The notes under the pieces are model-generated. The model saw nothing but the letters and a program-made list of their open reading frames with translations, made no database searches and was not told the origin of the DNA. 64,000 bases of DNA from a virus, in IMG/VR virus record IMGVR_UViG_3300045391_000819, positions 32,001 through 96,000 of that record. One strand, given 5' to 3'. Every line of letters begins with the position of its first letter. The first letter of the stretch is position 1. The translations under genes were made by a program, and so were the position numbers. Shown one piece after another: positions 62,437 through 64,000 of the stretch.

Positions 62437-64000
62437 TTAAAAAGTTCCTTTCTCTTGATTAGACAAATAATAAACAAATTTAAAATTAGAATACTTATCA
62501 TTTGTTAATTGTAACTTAGTTTGTCTTCCTCTTATCTTCTGCTTTTGGACATCTGGCTTGAAATAATTGAAGGCATCTGTGTTTAGTACTTTCTCACAGT
62601 TATTACAATTATTTAATATGAATGGTATATTTCCTGTTTGTAAATTAACTACATCATGAAATTGATTGAAATTCCATATGTTATCCCTATTTGTTACAAG
62701 AATATTAATCTTGTTATTTTCTACTTTAGGATATTGAATAGAACCAGCAAAATCATTTTCATTCTTCACATGCAATTCAAGTGGGCCTGAAGATTGCAAT
62801 TCATTAAATATCAAAGCTTTATTAAACGTTATCTTACGATTATAAGCTGTGTCGTAATTGTTATGATAACGAATCGCATCCTGCATATAGCTTACAGAGT
62901 TCAATACACCATTTAACATCATAGGAACACTTGTAGTTTCTACTGTAAATGGAGATAGAGTTCCGTAATAAACCTGATATGATTTGTTAGTTACATTGTG
63001 TGACCACAAGGTAGATAAATCATCATTCAATCCACTTTGAATATAATCCACATTATCAATGTAGAAGTTAGGCTTAAACGAATGATATGATACCCACGTC
63101 TTAGTGTTGAAATTGTAAGAAATAGTCCAAGACTTATTACAGAAGTAATCTGTATTTGTCAAAAGTATTTCATCAGTTCCATCAAAGAATTTCTTTGATT
63201 CGGCATTATAAGTCACCGCTTTTATCTTTCTATAATCAAGTTTTGTTATGAAAAACCTATTGAAACGTTTATCGAAAGACAAGTGTAAACCTATTCCTTT
63301 GAAATTATTGTCTATATCTTCTAGGGCAAAATTGTTAAAGTCTTTAAGAATCTGGAAAGGTAAGTTTTCCTTAAACCAGTTTCTCATTCCTTCTTTAGCT
63401 AGCTCATCTAATCCAGCACCACCCGGTTGCAGATTGAATACCTGACCTCTTTTAGCATCTACCCAAATGTGACCGAACTCTGTTTGAAGAATATCAGTAT
63501 GTTGAGTACCAGCAAATCCAAGCTTAGCAGTAGAGAACTCTCTTGGTCTTGAACCAAATATAGTTCCTTTACCTATCTGGATATTGCCAGCATCACTCTT
63601 TAAAGTATCATATGCAGCAAGAATCTGAGAACCATTCTCAAATCTCACAAGTATTTTATCGTTCTCAATTCCATCAATACCTATGATTCTACCATTAGAA
63701 GCAGGGAAATCAATAATATCATTGCCCGGAAATATCAACCAGTTATCAGAAGAACTGCTATTATTTGTAACCTGTTCAATAGAAGCTATTAATAATGAAG
63801 GATGATTAACCTTACAATCTTCTATAACCTGCTTTACCTGTGGTAAAATGAAGGCTTCCTTATTCTGCTTAGAGTATGTCTTATTGTAGAAATAGAAGTT
63901 ATCTTCGGTAATAGGAACATTCTTTTCCTGAAGCCAGAAGTCTAAGTCTTGTTGGTGAGGATAAAAATCCTTTTCAAGATTGTTTTCCCCATGTCTATAA
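62437..64000 (-). CDS. tail stabilisation protein, C-terminal part (ORF runs off the window end)
   Basis: Frame open from the window edge (YRHGENNLEKDF...YFYNKTYS...SDNWLIFPGND); GTQH...WVDAKRG, FDKRFNR, SWTISY motifs. Confidence 0.7.
   Translation of the reverse strand, partial: YRHGENNLEKDFYPHQQDLDFWLQEKNVPITEDNFYFYNKTYSKQNKEAFILPQVKQVIEDCKVNHPSLLIASIEQVTNNSSSSDNWLIFPGNDIIDFPASNGRIIGIDGIENDKILVRFENGSQILAAYDTLKSDAGNIQIGKGTIFGSRPREFSTAKLGFAGTQHTDILQTEFGHIWVDAKRGQVFNLQPGGAGLDELAKEGMRNWFKENLPFQILKDFNNFALEDIDNNFKGIGLHLSFDKRFNRFFITKLDYRKIKAVTYNAESKKFFDGTDEILLTNTDYFCNKSWTISYNFNTKTWVSYHSFKPNFYIDNVDYIQSGLNDDLSTLWSHNVTNKSYQVYYGTLSPFTVETTSVPMMLNGVLNSVSYMQDAIRYHNNYDTAYNRKITFNKALIFNELQSSGPLELHVKNENDFAGSIQYPKVENNKINILVTNRDNIWNFNQFHDVVNLQTGNIPFILNNCNNCEKVLNTDAFNYFKPDVQKQKIRGRQTKLQLTNDKYSNFKFVYYLSNQEKGTF

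Noticed and set aside
1-64000. Stop-codon reassignment (known in some crAss-like phages)
   Set aside because: Long genes, including the 3143-aa ORF, are open and tightly packed under the standard code; TAG (3055-3057) and TGA act as stops.
1-64000. Integrase, inteins, group I/II introns or IS elements
   Set aside because: None recognised; polB, the helicases, RNR, recA and thyX are uninterrupted and of normal or compact length.

Overview
A 64-kb, AT-rich segment of a large lytic dsDNA phage, most likely crAss-like and infecting a Bacteroidetes host. The assignment rests on crAss-type PolB/primase/helicase genes, large cargo-like proteins, a tail stabilisation protein, near-perfect TTTG-N19/20-TAnnTTTG promoters and no Shine-Dalgarno use. 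The + strand (1-23.4 kb) carries small accessory ORFs, a tRNA-shaped RNA without a normal anticodon loop, a replication module, and nucleotide-metabolism, recA and groES genes. The - strand (23.4-64 kb) carries a glycosyltransferase cluster, tail fibre/spike genes (including a PL9-like lyase, LamG and beta-helix proteins), two proteins built of long Ser-Gly-(Tyr/Phe) tripeptide tracts, large cargo-type proteins and the end of a tail stabilisation gene. The best candidate for an undescribed system is the co-occurrence of about six glycosyltransferase domains and a methyltransferase with hundreds of SG[Y/F] serines in virion fibres. A vWA protein inside the GT cluster carries the same SGY motif, and a mini GT-A gene sits just downstream of one of the fibre genes. 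This suggests a phage-encoded fibre glycosylation/decoration pathway (inference). All family calls are motif recognition by eye; no database search was run.
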